Positions 36,701-44,586 are shown, counted from the first letter of the stretch. The stretch: DNA of 64,000 nucleotides from Alphaproteobacteria bacterium (GCA_965237415.1 CBDEFM010000002.1:800001-864000), one strand, 5' to 3'. Numbers and translations are program-made. The notes: generated from the letters alone by a model not told the origin.

Positions 36701-38216
36701 TGTCGTCGTCTTCGATGGTGACGGTTGCGGAGTCTGGGGTGCCGATGGTGTACCCGACGATTGTTGCGCCGTCGCTGGCAGTGCGCAGCGTCGCGGTGAC
36801 GGACCCGTCCTCTTCGTTTAAGGCGTCGTTGGTGGTGCCGACGCTGCTTCGGATGGCGCTGTTGCCTGCGCTCATGGTGATCTCGAAGTTTCCTGCCGTT
36901 ACGCCGATGGTCCCTGTTTTGCTTCTCGCCAGGTAAACCGTGATCGCGTCGCCGGTGTTGCCTGTGCGCCTGATATCGAATTGGGCGTCGCTGCCTTCGG
37001 TCACTGTAGCGTTCGCTGGCATCACGTTGACCACCGGCAGCGCCACCGTCGTCCCGCTCGTCGAGTCGGAGGCTGTGCCCGTTCCGGCCGAGTTGGTGGC
37101 CGACACCCGGTAGTGGTACGTCGTCTCGGGCGTGAGGCTGCTATCGGTGTAGGACGCGGTGCTTGCGGTCCCGATCACTGCCCATGTTCCGGCGCTGCCG
37201 CTGACGTCCGGCGCCCGCTCCATCGTGTAGCCGGTGATGGCGGCGCCGCCGGTGCTGGTGGGCGCGGTCCAGCTCAGGGGGATTTTCGTCGGCGTCACCG
37301 TGCCGACGGTCAGGCCCGTGGGCTTGCCGGGGGCGACGGCCACGACCTGGAAAACCTCGGAGAGGGCGTAGAAGCGGCCTTGGTGGCTTGGGTTCCTGGT
37401 GGTACTGCCAGTGAGAGGATTTCCGCCGCTGTCGGCCAGCTCCCCTATCACCACTTGGTCGGGTGTCCCCGGTAGTTGGCTCGAGAGCGTGGTGGTTCCA
37501 AGATATTGCGAGATGTCTCTGGTTCCTGTGTTCTCGCAACCGGTGAAGATCTCGCTATCCGAGGCGCTGTCGAGCCATGTCTGTGCTGTTCCGGACTCGT
37601 TTTTCGGGCTGGTCTCGTCGTCCCACGTCCCGTCGTAGAAGTCGGTGTAGCTGTCAGCGACCTTGTTGCCGTTGAGCCAGTAGATTGAGACACCGGTCCC
37701 CGTCCCGGTGGTGCTCGTGTTGTCGACCGCATCTTTCGCCAGCGTGCACGCCACGACGCGGAATCCGGTGCTGTAGCTCTGGATGTCGGTGTGCCCGGCG
37801 TTGGCGGCAGCCTTCACGTGGGTGTTGTAGTCGGCGATGTCGGTCGAGCTGGCGTCGCGGGTTGTCGACGAGATGAACAGCAGCCGGAACTGGTCGCCGG
37901 CGTTGAGCTCCGATGGAGTGAGGCTCCAGTCGTAGGCCACCTCAGTCTGCGCGCGGGCCGTCTCGTGGATTCCGAGCAGCGCCGCGGCTACGCCGAGAAC
38001 AAGTGTCAGCGCGCGCAGAGTGCGCGCGGCGCGTGACCGTGTGCGGCTGTGCCGGCGTCGGTTCGGGGAAGGCGCCCGGTCGGGCGCGGCGGAAAGGTCA
38101 GGGGATCGGCGCGGGCCTACCGGATCTGTCGGAAGGGGGTCGGACGGCGCCCTGAGGGGCGCGGAAGGAAGGGAGCTAGGCGGCCGGCCTGACCGGCATC
38201 CGCTCAGCCGAGGCAT
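24771..38216 (-). CDS. Giant (~4,480 aa) modular surface adhesin with a C-terminal autotransporter-like beta-barrel
   Basis: Signal-like stretch ending ETARA-QTEV; lectin-like N-domain; multiple FN3 (W..P...G..ITGY...Y..RV.A.N..G), Calx-beta (V.Y.T.DGTA.AG.DY...SGTLTF.PG), SwmB-like, cadherin-like and PKD-like repeats. Barrel ends GVQLRAGVRW. The frame stays open to 38822, so the start is uncertain. Confidence 0.88.
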   Translation of the reverse strand: MPRLSGCRSGRPPSSLPSAPLRAPSDPLPTDPVGPRRSPDLSAAPDRAPSPNRRRHSRTRSRAARTLRALTLVLGVAAALLGIHETARAQTEVAYDWSLTPSELNAGDQFRLLFISSTTRDASSTDIADYNTHVKAAANAGHTDIQSYSTGFRVVACTLAKDAVDNTSTTGTGTGVSIYWLNGNKVADSYTDFYDGTWDDETSPKNESGTAQTWLDSASDSEIFTGCENTGTRDISQYLGTTTLSSQLPGTPDQVVIGELADSGGNPLTGSTTRNPSHQGRFYALSEVFQVVAVAPGKPTGLTVGTVTPTKIPLSWTAPTSTGGAAITGYTMERAPDVSGSAGTWAVIGTASTASYTDSSLTPETTYHYRVSATNSAGTGTASDSTSGTTVALPVVNVMPANATVTEGSDAQFDIRRTGNTGDAITVYLARSKTGTIGVTAGNFEITMSAGNSAIRSSVGTTNDALNEEDGSVTATLRTASDGATIVGYTIGTPDSATVTIEDDDTVPGTPVVSAQGLDTKLVLNWPMPAEGTSSITGYDYRYKTTAGAEATWSTWTDTGLSGADAFNDFEVTGLINGTDYTVEIQAKSDAGVSLAGSANATPTPPPEITSVAITSDPGTDKTYIIGDDIEFTLTFDKDLSLGGSNTSRTPGYVTYQTDYAADTAGEDHPEAACAIGTNTKTLVCVGTVDEGWYDTDGIAVNANAFSDFFSVTYVVGPLGQRVNRDHSALPVDSNHKIDGVKPTLSSANASGDLTKVVLTFSEAIGTVDRMKITVKKGGTTQTTTGAAIDSTDSTKVEITLMTAFLSTDTNITVELDADAVTDVPGNGIDAVSSMAVSLVDNTAPTFVSAGTSGTDKVVLTYSEVLDTGSQPATSAFTVEVGGVGRGVDTVGISSSAVTLTLASAFRPGDTLTVAYAKPGSNPIKDAANNEAVSLAETTVTNNLAATAPEAPGGLSADFDEISTAPVRLAADILELSWVTPWHNGSPIEKIQYRYAAGSSVPPSTTWTDVPGGANEIRLDVTGLDADTEYTFEVRAVNGIGNGDAATAMRTTPDPEWSFTLTDSGGNAVTQFTEGGASATARVTITNNVRFSTEQTVTLYWNKAPVGGTEWPAYALQGAGDVHVITIPAMGTSGELEVSARQDNLYLSRVSGELEGRFLGTRIGGVTVSYRDDEPVPELSISADPAAVTEGSGFDVTVTATQAYRGAISVSFEIADPAGVLSGPPASSVLLEEGVTSATRTFGTLANTAMETEPRAVVFTLKPDVSAFALHTLDADASSATVAVLDNDTPPSAPQNLMAQAGDTEARLTWQAPLPSVPDHRQPVMRYEYRLQVGSGSFGAWATIQDSDANTTSHTFTGLVNDMVHTFEVRAVNVAGGGAEAQVMVTPIVGVAVSFAAAALSVDEGEEIAVTVTLAIAPTVGTTVTVPIEAAGPETVEVVGVPANVTFNAGETSKSFTVTAVQDTFDEPDETLTFAFGPLPAGYVPGTHAELVLTVVDDDHPIVAASFGTATASVVEGGSVEVTVTLTSEPEREVVLPIVATRGANLAADEVEGVPEDVTVAADETEARFTVSFADDAAVEGNETLTLAFGPRPERVTQGANPQLVLTVTDDDGPPLAPDVSTQTGDGFVTLSWDPVANDSPILRYEVRWRETDGGTFGAWQSVGLDTRYRVEGLANGKVHEFEVRAVNLHGDGEWASAPGTPTARLTGIPKAVQVLQVKATDSGRAELNWTRPANATDRVTRNSASAPFAQIQGYRIEVCRTACGDEANWYAVVPNTRKFEHKYVHQVLAPGVIRENHYRVQVININGKTGPWSNVATLDPTVVESFWLQTPDDSTLWLRFRVLNPDGNKLYVRYENTGTGAVAYTERRLTKKGDVTLVLSGLEAGSWYRVDIDFSPDFDSSRMQSRWYGTARAGETPLRSPYAVDALDAQVFAGGVWRDAPDRQLYVRMGGSGRYRVRLKPCSGIHDVIVNRIQSPAGRLRASPMDVDPSVMTNLSCESEFDDWRRDEHGEPLTMDQVYDMTNFPDRATDFIPIYAGTPNNWHEVTVTARALEDYPADRRYDALLSAPFAVVYNHSVHKEVTTTSSYLVSEGTGLVRVSLDRPADATLPEPTGVAIADPVAGGFGNPVMSWNAVSGATGYLVEWRHGVHYSDRANQNRSLQTATSVTLPLGASRRGPITARVRAYSSSGVSGWVERSWDTRPPTLNVLDTAVNEADGSVGFLVTLDPAATGVVTVQYTTVDATAVAPTDYAATSGTLTFAPGDTRKQTALVPIVDDGEEDSGETFRLVLSNPTGSDANNGDAVLGDAEAVATILNSEREPAELTGFTLVDAGTNGDLMVLAEGSTVALGEWLAPSYGIRAEMGPGAAPGSVRLELTGVKTVTRIDDAAPWSLYGDGAGRVNGAGLPPGSYTLTATAYADSEGRGEERGSLEVSFTVTAGALGVTTPGPFRVAEGTTAVTTLGASHTGTGQSVSWSIPEGTAGGADGAAFTLDPDGVLALRAAKDFEAPDDADGDGTWAVTVEVRAGAQSATASLLVTLADANEAPVAKATADLSVVREGAAVTLDAGASTDPDAGDRLSYAWTQTDEGGPRVTLSDASAAQPVFTAPSDLAAETELAFTLRATDAGGLYAEDTVTVTVSLISEVAIAAASDYAAEGADAVFRLTRQGSALKALTVPVSVEESGAMLGSAVPESATFAAGAREAEFRVPTAADAVQETDSRVTARLASGGGWQLAPGAVSASLTVLDDDVAPVDVAAAADVTVWSADMTVVEYGPRAIGAGSADLFSNQMGRAGLRAKWLWYDPPARKLRLGFDDGLDDAEALTLHVGGVSLGFPDNTGGNSSFTLENVDIAWSDGETVAARVSKPSAAAVSTDATLASLAVGGAALSPAFDAGVLVYRAVADADAETVTVTASANGGGAAVTYGPAEDADAALADYQVAVPEGEALVEVTVTAADGTVRRYRVVVARAKDGVNTAPTGLPAISGTAEVGEELTVSADDIADGDGLETATFTYRWLADDGTVETAIAGATGESYTPVPSDVGKTLKVRVTFTDDKDTVETLVSEATEAVAATVPSAPVDLAAATGEGRERELTVSWTAPESNGGSEVTGYRVQWKSGTEAWDGSQTSTRQAVLSDPAATGHTIAGLANGTAYAVRVRAVNAAGDGAAAEAGATVQDRVAPVLTGAAVDGAVLTLTFSEALNQDSAPAAGSFAVTVADTARTVDGVAVSGSAAELTLASGVVSGETVTVGYTVPADAGANRLRDAAGNAAAGFTGAAATNETEASNTAPAGLPAISGTAEVGEELTASADDIADADGLENVTFVYQWLANDGTDDSEIEGATDATWTLTPAEAGKTVKVRVTFTDDKGTEETLVSAATDAVVDRRPVAATLAVGDGAAEAGRFRLRVAFADAVAGLAAADMSAARVGGDAAAVSDLAEAETGRAWTAWVAAAQAGRYTVRLAAGAAESGARRSLAAVLAVDVDAAGNAVAVSGPVVTAVALATASDGTWADGDTVRVMLAFSEPVTVAADGGTPTVGIGLDGTARRAAYASGSGTGTLAVFSYTVTADDGTVSAASVTADSLALNGGTIRDAGGRDADLAHPGIGEAAEPDTETPTVALTGFTLVDAGDGTDVSALGDEASVTLADPANGSYGIVVAVAADAGVGSVRLALSGAKTVTTTDNAAPFSLYGDEDGTVSGEGLPAGSYTLTATAYPEADGGGAALGTLAVSFTVAASEAVDPDALTASFEDVPAEHDGSSPFTFRVRFSLEPRVSYKVLRDESFAVTGGKVDKARRVDGRNDLREIHIEPEGWDDVRVMLAGGRTCGTEGAICTADNKVLANTAVATVPGPLALSVADARIDEAPNAVLAFQVTLNRAAAGTVAVDYATTDGTATAGADYTAASGTLTFDPGETGKTVKVTVLDDAHDEGEETLTLTLSNATGARIRDGEATGTIVNSDPIPQAWLARFGRTVADHVVDAVAERLEGSAGGGSQVTLGGQRIPLDGVPGGAGNGTSSGGTAGSDTRENAAAADTLAAFADRISGGTNERGTAWARWGDGGGADAAKRRESRGLTESELLLGSSFVLALGGDGANASGTAWTAWGRAAASSFDGEADGLAVDGDVTTFTFGADAARGRWLGGVALAHSTGEGGYRDHVDGDRPGRGSGSLESTLTSVHPYARLAVSERLSLWGILGYGTGDLTLAVDASGEDQPRRTWQTDTQMWMAAAGARGVLLSAADHGGFELAARGDARLVRMNSDAATGADGAGRLAASESQTSRLRFILEGSHRIELAGGQALTPSLEVGLRHDGGDAETGTGIELGAGVSYADPATGLTVEGKARGLVAHEDTDYREWGASASVRLDPGATGRGLSLSLSPAWGADSGGAERLWGLGDARGLAANDSFEPAGRLDAEAGYGLGAFGGRGLMTPFAGLALSDAGDRTWRTGVRWTLGADLSFGLEGTRREPANDDAAGHGVQLRAGVRW

Positions 38217-38244
38217 GACGCGCCCCGGCGGACATGAAGAGGGC

Positions 38245-38549
38245 GCTCGGCTCGGCTCGGCTCGGCTCGGCTCGGCTCGGCTCGGCTCGGCTCGGCTCGG
38301 CTCGGCTCGGCTCGGCTCGGCTCGGCTCGGCTCGGCTCGGCTCGGCTCGGCTCGGCTCGGCTCGGCTCGGCTCGGCTCGGCTCGGCTCGGCTCGGCTCGG
38401 CTCGGCTCGGCTCGGCTCGGCTCGGCTCGGCTCGGCTCGGCTCGGCTCGGCTCGGCTCGGCTCGGCTCGGCTCGGCTCGGCTCGGCTCGGCTCGGCTCGG
38501 CTCGGCTCGGCTCGGCTCGGCTCGGGCTCGGCTCGGCTCGGCTCGGCTC
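38245..38549. repeat. Pentanucleotide microsatellite (GCTCG)n, ~60 units with one extra G at 38525
   Basis: 56 perfect units at 38245-38524, one G, 4 more units, then GCTC. Confidence 0.97.
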
Positions 38550-38550
38550 T

Positions 38551-38559
38551 ATTATAGCA
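38551..38559 (-). promoter_or_regulatory. Extended -10 sigma70 promoter element (TGcTATAAT) facing the adhesin gene
   Basis: Perfect TGnTATAAT in high-GC DNA, directly abutting the microsatellite. No clear -35. Confidence 0.6.
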
Positions 38560-39136
38560 CCGCCAGGCCCAACCCCCGGCAGAATTCGGGAATCGACCAG
38601 CCCCCGAACGCCGCATGCCAAGGCGACGCGCCGCATCCCCTGTCCGCCGGCCCCGTTCGCCGACGTATCGCGCGCACGCTCCACCGCCTTCTCACCGTCA
38701 ACGAGGTTCATCTCTTCACTCCAGCCGGCCGTGCCGATGTCCTGCTCTTCTCCGGTCGGTTCAGCCGGTTCGAGTGCCGGTGCGGAACGCCGCCCAACCT
38801 GCCTCAAGGCCTGCGCGGCCACTCCTCATTCCACGCACTAGGCGGGGGGACCACGCGGGAACCTGCTGAACGCCTTCGCGCTATTGTTCCCGGTTGCGTG
38901 AAGAATTCTAGATGGTTGTTTTTCCGACCCTAGACAGAATTATTTTGGGCGTATGGCGCCGCCAATTGCGTGTTTGACGCGACCCATTTCAGGCACGCGC
39001 AATACCGGCATCGCGCCGCCGTTCCCATACCGCAAGGACACATCGAGAGCGCCTTCAAGGCGCCGGGACCGACAGGCCAGAGTGCCGAAGGCACTCCCGC
39101 GCAGCCGACCGTCGCCGCGGCCCGCCGCCCCCGGAC

Positions 39137-39972
39137 TCAGCCTTCGCCTTGCGGGGCGGTCTCCACCGCTGCCTTCCCGGCCGCATCGCTCTTTCCCGTC
39201 TCGGCTCGCAGCCAGTCCAGGAACGCCCGCGCCTCGGGCTTGTCTTCGGAGCCGGGAGCCACGGCGAGGAAATAGCGCGCCGGGGCCGCCACCGGCGGAC
39301 CCAACAGCTCCACCAGCGTCCCGCGCTCGAGACAGGGCGCGATCAGCAGGGAGTGCCCGAGCGCGACGCCCATGCCCTCGACCGCCGCCTGTATCATCAT
39401 CGAGTAGAGACGGTAGCCCGACGCCCGGGACATGTCCGGCGCGCCGGCCTCCCGGCTTGCGAACCAGTGCGCCCAGTAGTCGTCCCAGGCGAGATCGTAG
39501 AGCAGCGGCCATCCATGCAGATCGGCCGGCTGCTCGGGCCGCCCCCTCGATGCCAGGAAGCCCGGGCTGCACACCGGGACCAGCGTTTCCTCGAACAGCA
39601 CCTCGCTCTGCAGGGTGCGCGGGACCGAGGCCACGAAGGCGATCCAGACGTCGAACGCGCGCCGTGCCGCATCGACCTCGTGGTGGTCGCTGAGCGAGGT
39701 CTCGAACTCGATGACGATCTCGGGATGGGCGCTGCGGAACGCGGCGAGGCGCGGCATCAGCCACATCTCGGCGAACGCCTCGACGGCGACGAGCTTCAGC
39801 GCCCCGCCCTTCGCGCCGGCGCGGAAGCGCTCGGCGGTGTCGTCGAACGCGGAGAGGGTGTCCTGGACCTCGATGAGGAACGCCTGTCCACGCGCGCTCA
39901 GGGCGAGACCGTGCGACCGGCGCTCGAACAGCTCCACTCCGAGGTACTGCTCGAGCTTCCTGACACGATGAC
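39137..39972 (-). pseudogene. LysR-family (GcvA-like) regulator lacking most of its N-terminal HTH
   Basis: HRVRKLEQYLGVELFER...L.L...G..F, WLMPRL..F...HPEI, AAVEGMGVALG. Sequence upstream of ~39972 is unrelated. Confidence 0.85.
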
Positions 39973-42174
39973 GGCGTCGAAGTCGACATCCTTGAGCACC
40001 CGCTCACGGACGAGCAGCGGCGCATCTACGATTCCTACGCAGGCGCCTTCAAGATCATCCACGCCAACATCCAGGAGGCCCTGAAGGCGACCGGCATTGT
40101 GGATGGCGAATCCACTCTTAACAGGAACGCGAAGTCCGCCGCGATGTCGGCCTTCGAGGGCGCGAAGCAGCGCTTCTTCGGCCATCTGCTGACCTCGATG
40201 AAGTGCCCGAGCCTCATCCGCGCGATCGAGGCCGACCTCGACACGGGCCGCTCCGCCGTGGTGCAGCTCGTCTCCACCGGCGAGGCGCTGATGGAACGCC
40301 GCATCGCCGAGATACCCACATCCGAATGGGACGACCTCTCCATCGACCTGACACCGAGGGAGTACGTGCTGGATTTCCTCGCCCACGCCTTCCCTGTGCA
40401 GTTGCAGGAGCCCTTCACCGACGATGACGGCAACGTCATGTCGCGCCCGGTCTTCGATGCGGAGCGCAACCCGGTCCTCTGCCAGGAAGCGGTGGCCAGG
40501 CGCGAGGCGCTCATCCAGAGGCTCGGAGCCTTGCCTCCGGTGCAGTCCGCCCTCGACCAGATCGTCCACCGCTTCGGCCACGACGCCGTGGCCGAGATCA
40601 CCGGCCGCTCGCGCCGGGTGCTGAAGCTCACCGACGCCAAGGGCGAGCGCCTGGCGCTCCGCTCCCGGCCCGCATCCGCCAACCTTGCCGAGACCGCCGC
40701 CTTCATGGACGGCACCAAGCGCATCCTCGTCTTCTCCATGGCCGGCGGCACCGGGCGCAGCTATCACGCCGATCTCGGCTGCGCCAACACGGCGCGCAGG
40801 ATCCACTACCTGCTGGAGCCCGGCTGGCGGGCAGACCAGGCGATCCAGGGGCTGGGCCGCACCCACCGCACGCACCAGGCCTCCGCGCCGCTCTTCCGCC
40901 CCGTCGCGACGGATGTGAAGGGCGAGCGCAGGTTCATCGCCACCATCGCCAGGCGCCTCGACAGCCTCGGCGCCATCACGCGGGGCCAGCGCGACTCACA
41001 GACCGCCATGGGCGGCGACGACACCGCGCTGTTCCGGGCGAGCGACAACCTCGAGAGCCTCTACGCCAAGTCGGCGCTCAGGCAGTTCTACATCGCCCTC
41101 TGGCGCGGACACATCGAGGGCTGGTCCCTCGACCGTTTCGAAGACGCCACCGGGCTCAAGCTCACCTATGAGGGCAACCTCAAGGAGGATCTGCCGCCCA
41201 TGCCGCAGTTCCTCAACCGCCTGCTGGCGCTGCCCATCGCCGAGCAGAACGTGCTGTTCGCGGCGCTGGAGACCCGCATCGAGGCCAATATCGAGCACGC
41301 CATCGAGGCCGGCACCTTCGAGCGCGGCGTCGAGACCATCGCCGCCGACTCGCTCTCGGTTGCCGACCGGGAGACCGTGTTCGTCCATGAGCGCTCGGGC
41401 GCCGAGACCGAGATCGTCGAGATCGCACGGCGGGACAGGCTGGAGCCGCTCACCGCCGACGCCGCACTCGGGCTTCATGGCGACAGTTCGGGCCGCAAGC
41501 CCCGGCTCGTGGTCAACGCCCAGTCGAAGCGCGCCGCCCTGGTCATGCCGGCGCCGTCGCGCATGTTCGACGACGGCGGGGTGCAGGAGCGCGTGCGCCT
41601 GGTCCGCCCCGCGTCCCGCGACACCATGGCGCGGGCCGCGCTCGACGCATCGCAGTGGCGGCAGGCGGACGAGGATCGCTGGCGCGCATTCTGGGAAGCC
41701 GAGATCGCCGGGCTGCCGGCCCACCGGGAGTCCCGCTTCTGGCTCGTCGCCGGCCTGCTGCTTCCGATCTGGGACCGGCTTCCCGACGAGAGCATGCGCG
41801 TCCGCCGCCTCGTCACCGACGGGGGCGAGCACCTGATCGGCCGCGTGCTCGGCCCCGCCGAGGCCACCGACTTCCGCGCCGCCTTCGGCCTCGACGGCGG
41901 CCCCGGCCTCACTGCGGTCGAGGTCCATGACGAGATCATGGCGCGCGGTGCATCGTTCCCGCTCGCCAACGGCTGGCGCCTCGCACGGCGCCGCCTGATG
42001 GGCGCCGACCGCATCGAGATCGAGGGGCCGGCGGACGGCGACACCGCCGCGCTCAAGCGCATGGGCTGCATCGCCGAGATCGTTTCCTGGCGTACCCGCC
42101 TGTTCGCCCCCGATCACGCCACCCTCGCGCACATCATCGAGCGCTGGCCCGTCGCCGCGCCCGACGCCGAATGA
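39970..42174 (+). pseudogene. Strawberry-notch-like helicase, C-terminal half (5'-truncated)
   Basis: Frame opens just after TGA at 39961 with DGVEVDILEHPLTDEQRRIYD; then VQLVSTGE, AEITGRSRR, FS.AGGTGRSYHAD, HYLLEPGWRAD.AIQGLGRTHRTHQ, RRLDSLGAITRGQR. Walker A/B half absent. Confidence 0.85.
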
Positions 42175-42247
42175 CCGGCGGGCGCACCACCGTCGCACGC
42201 TGCCGCCCGCATGCCCGCGGGCGGCCCCACCCCCTGCAACGAGGATC

Positions 42248-42517
42248 ATGCCCATGACCGCTTCTCACACGCTCCCCGACGATCCCGTCTACGCCTTCAC
42301 CCCCGCCTATGAGTTGTCCGACGAGCCCCAGCAGATCCGCATCGTCTTCGAAGACATGCCCGGCTATGTGCCCACCGCATTGGTTGCGCTGACGCTCGCC
42401 GATGCTCTCCGCATTTGCGACAAGCTGAATTCCAGGCTCGGTCTGAATCGAGAGGCCTGGTCCGCCATCGTCGGGCGCTCCATGGGAGACGCCCCGAACG
42501 GCGCGCAGCCGCACTGA
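42248..42517 (+). CDS. Small hypothetical protein
   Basis: Protein-like composition, GAGGA RBS, co-oriented with neighbours. Confidence 0.65.
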   Translation: MPMTASHTLPDDPVYAFTPAYELSDEPQQIRIVFEDMPGYVPTALVALTLADALRICDKLNSRLGLNREAWSAIVGRSMGDAPNGAQPH

Positions 42518-42755
42518 CGCCTGCCGCGCAACCCGAGACCCGCGTCTCCGCCACCTTCCGCACATCTCGCGATAGCAGCCCCCGCCGTTCCCGCCCGTGC
42601 CGCCGGCAAGGCCCGGACCCTTCCGGCAGGCATCGGCGCGGTTGGCTGACGAGAGTTGGAGGAGGGCTTGAGAGGGGTGAACGGGGAAGGGATCGAGAGA
42701 GACCCGACCCGTTCGGCAACCATCGTCATCAACCAGGATGAACAGGAGACGAACC

Positions 42756-43208
42756 ATGGCTTTCGGATTGAACAGGGCAGAAGTGATCGGCCGCTTGGGC
42801 GCCGACGTCACCATCAACCACCTCGCGTCCGGCGGGCGCGTGGCCAATCTCAGCATCGCCACCGACGAGTCGTATATCGACCGGCAGACCGGCGAGCGGG
42901 TCGACCGGACCGAGTGGCACCGGGTCGTGACCTTCCAGAACGGGCTGGTCGACATGTTCGAGAAGCACGCGAAGAAGGGCCGGCTGGTCTATGTCGCCGG
43001 CAAGCTCCAGACCCGGCGCTGGAAGAAGGACGGCGAGGACTCCGACCGGTTCTCGACCGAGATCCTCCTCGTCCCCGGCGGCAGGGTGCAATTCCTCGAC
43101 AAGCCCGCCAACGGCAACGGCGCCCCGGCGCAGGGCAGCGAGGCGACCCCGCCCGCCGCTACCGGCCCGGCCGCTCCGTCCGACCCGGACGACGAAATTC
43201 CTTTCTGA
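42756..43208 (+). CDS. ssb: Single-stranded DNA-binding protein (leading-region copy)
   Basis: LNRAEVIGRLGAD...NLSIAT.E......TEWHRVV.F...KG.LVYV.GKLQTRRW, acidic tail DDEIPF; RBS AGGAG. Confidence 0.95.
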   Translation: MAFGLNRAEVIGRLGADVTINHLASGGRVANLSIATDESYIDRQTGERVDRTEWHRVVTFQNGLVDMFEKHAKKGRLVYVAGKLQTRRWKKDGEDSDRFSTEILLVPGGRVQFLDKPANGNGAPAQGSEATPPAATGPAAPSDPDDEIPF

Positions 43209-43229
43209 GTCCCTACCTCCCTCCAACTC

Positions 43230-43278
43230 GGGGCCGGATCCGCGTCTCTCCCTGCGCGGATTCGGTCCCTTTCTTTTT
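43230..43278 (+). terminator. Rho-independent terminator after ssb
   Basis: GGGGCCGGATCCGCG...CGCGGATTCGGTCCC stem followed by TTTCTTTTT. Confidence 0.65.
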
Positions 43279-43479
43279 GCAGCCGGTCCCGAGCCGCCCC
43301 CGGCCGGACGGCAGGGCTCGCGCTTCGCGCGCCGCCCGCCGTCCCGGCGCCCCCGAGGGCCGGAGAGGGGCCGGCACCGGGGCGTTCCCCGGCTGCCCCG
43401 AGAGAGGTTTCCCCATGTTCACGATTTCCGCTCGCGGTTCCGGCTTCGCCGGTGCCCGCATTCGCACAAGACGTGCGCC

Positions 43480-44508
43480 ATGAGCGCCGCCGCCTCCGTC
43501 GCCGCAGCGCTCGGCGCGCGCGCCGAAGACGTTTGCCGGCGCTATCTCCCCCACGGCCGCAAGAGCGGCCGCTACTGGACCGCCGGCGACATTCGCGGCG
43601 CCAGGGGGCGCTCGCTCTTCGTCCGCCTAGCGCCTCCAGGCGTCCCCGGGAAATGGACCGACGCCGCCTCCGGCGAGCACGGCGACCTGCTCGACCTCAT
43701 CCGCATCGCCTCCGGCGCGGGCTCGCTTCGCGCCGCCCTCGCCGAGGCGCGCGCCTTCCTCTCCATGCCGGCCATGGCCGCCCCCGCCGGCCCCGACAGC
43801 TACGACCGCACGGAAGCGGCACACCGCCTGTGGCGGCGCTGCCGCGCCATCGACGGCACCCACGCCGAGGCCTATCTGCGCGCCAGGCTCATCCACCGCT
43901 GCCGCTTCCCGGCGCTCCGCTTCCACCCCGCGCTGTTCCATCGCGACGGCGGCGGCGTGCGCCGCCTGCCGGCGCTGGTCGCCGCCGTGACCGGCGCCGC
44001 AGGGGAACACCCTGGTCCGGGGGAACACCCCGGTCACGGCGCAATTACCGGCGTCCATCGGACGTGGCTCGATCCGTCGCGACCCGCCAAGGCGCCCGTG
44101 GCGCGGCCGCGCAAAGCGCTCGGCCGCGTCCACGGCCATGCCGTGCGCTTCGGCGAACCCGCCGCCCAGACGCTGCTGGTCGGCGAGGGCATCGAGACGG
44201 TGCTGTCGCTGGTCACCGCGGTCCCCGACACCGTCGCCGCGGCGGCGCTCTCCGCCGGCAGCCTCGGCGCATTCGCGCCTCCGCCCGGCGTCGCGCGCCT
44301 CGTCATCGCCCGCGACAACGACCCGGAAGGCGAGCGCGCGGCCGAACGCCTCGCCCGGCGCTGCGCACGCGCGGGCGTCGCCGCGCTGATCGTGGTTCCC
44401 AAGGGCGGCGACTTCAACGACGACCTCGTTTCACTCGGCGTCGACGCGCTTCGCCTCCGGCTCCGCGCCATCCTCCGCGTCCGGGACGCGGCCGGAGAGA
44501 GAGCGTGA
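43480..44508 (+). CDS. Toprim-domain primase-like protein
   Basis: VCRRYLP.GR..GRYW..GD..G..G.SL.V.L, W.D.A.GE.GDLLDLI, AE.YL..R, GVHRTWL, VGEGIET.LS, IARDND, DFNDDL. Confidence 0.85.
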   Translation: MSAAASVAAALGARAEDVCRRYLPHGRKSGRYWTAGDIRGARGRSLFVRLAPPGVPGKWTDAASGEHGDLLDLIRIASGAGSLRAALAEARAFLSMPAMAAPAGPDSYDRTEAAHRLWRRCRAIDGTHAEAYLRARLIHRCRFPALRFHPALFHRDGGGVRRLPALVAAVTGAAGEHPGPGEHPGHGAITGVHRTWLDPSRPAKAPVARPRKALGRVHGHAVRFGEPAAQTLLVGEGIETVLSLVTAVPDTVAAAALSAGSLGAFAPPPGVARLVIARDNDPEGERAAERLARRCARAGVAALIVVPKGGDFNDDLVSLGVDALRLRLRAILRVRDAAGERA

Positions 44509-44586
44509 AGCGCTCGATGGGCGAGCGCCGGGCGAGGGAGAGAGAGGGCCCCCGCCGGCAGCACGGCACACCGGGAGGAACACGAC

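Noticed and set aside
24771-38216. Diversity-generating retroelement acting on the adhesin
   Set aside because: No reverse transcriptase; the duplicated segments are coding modules whose differences are not confined to adenines.
18063-38549. Possible CRISPR arrays at the 15-bp and 5-bp repeats
   Set aside because: Units are directly adjacent with no unique spacers, and no cas genes are present.
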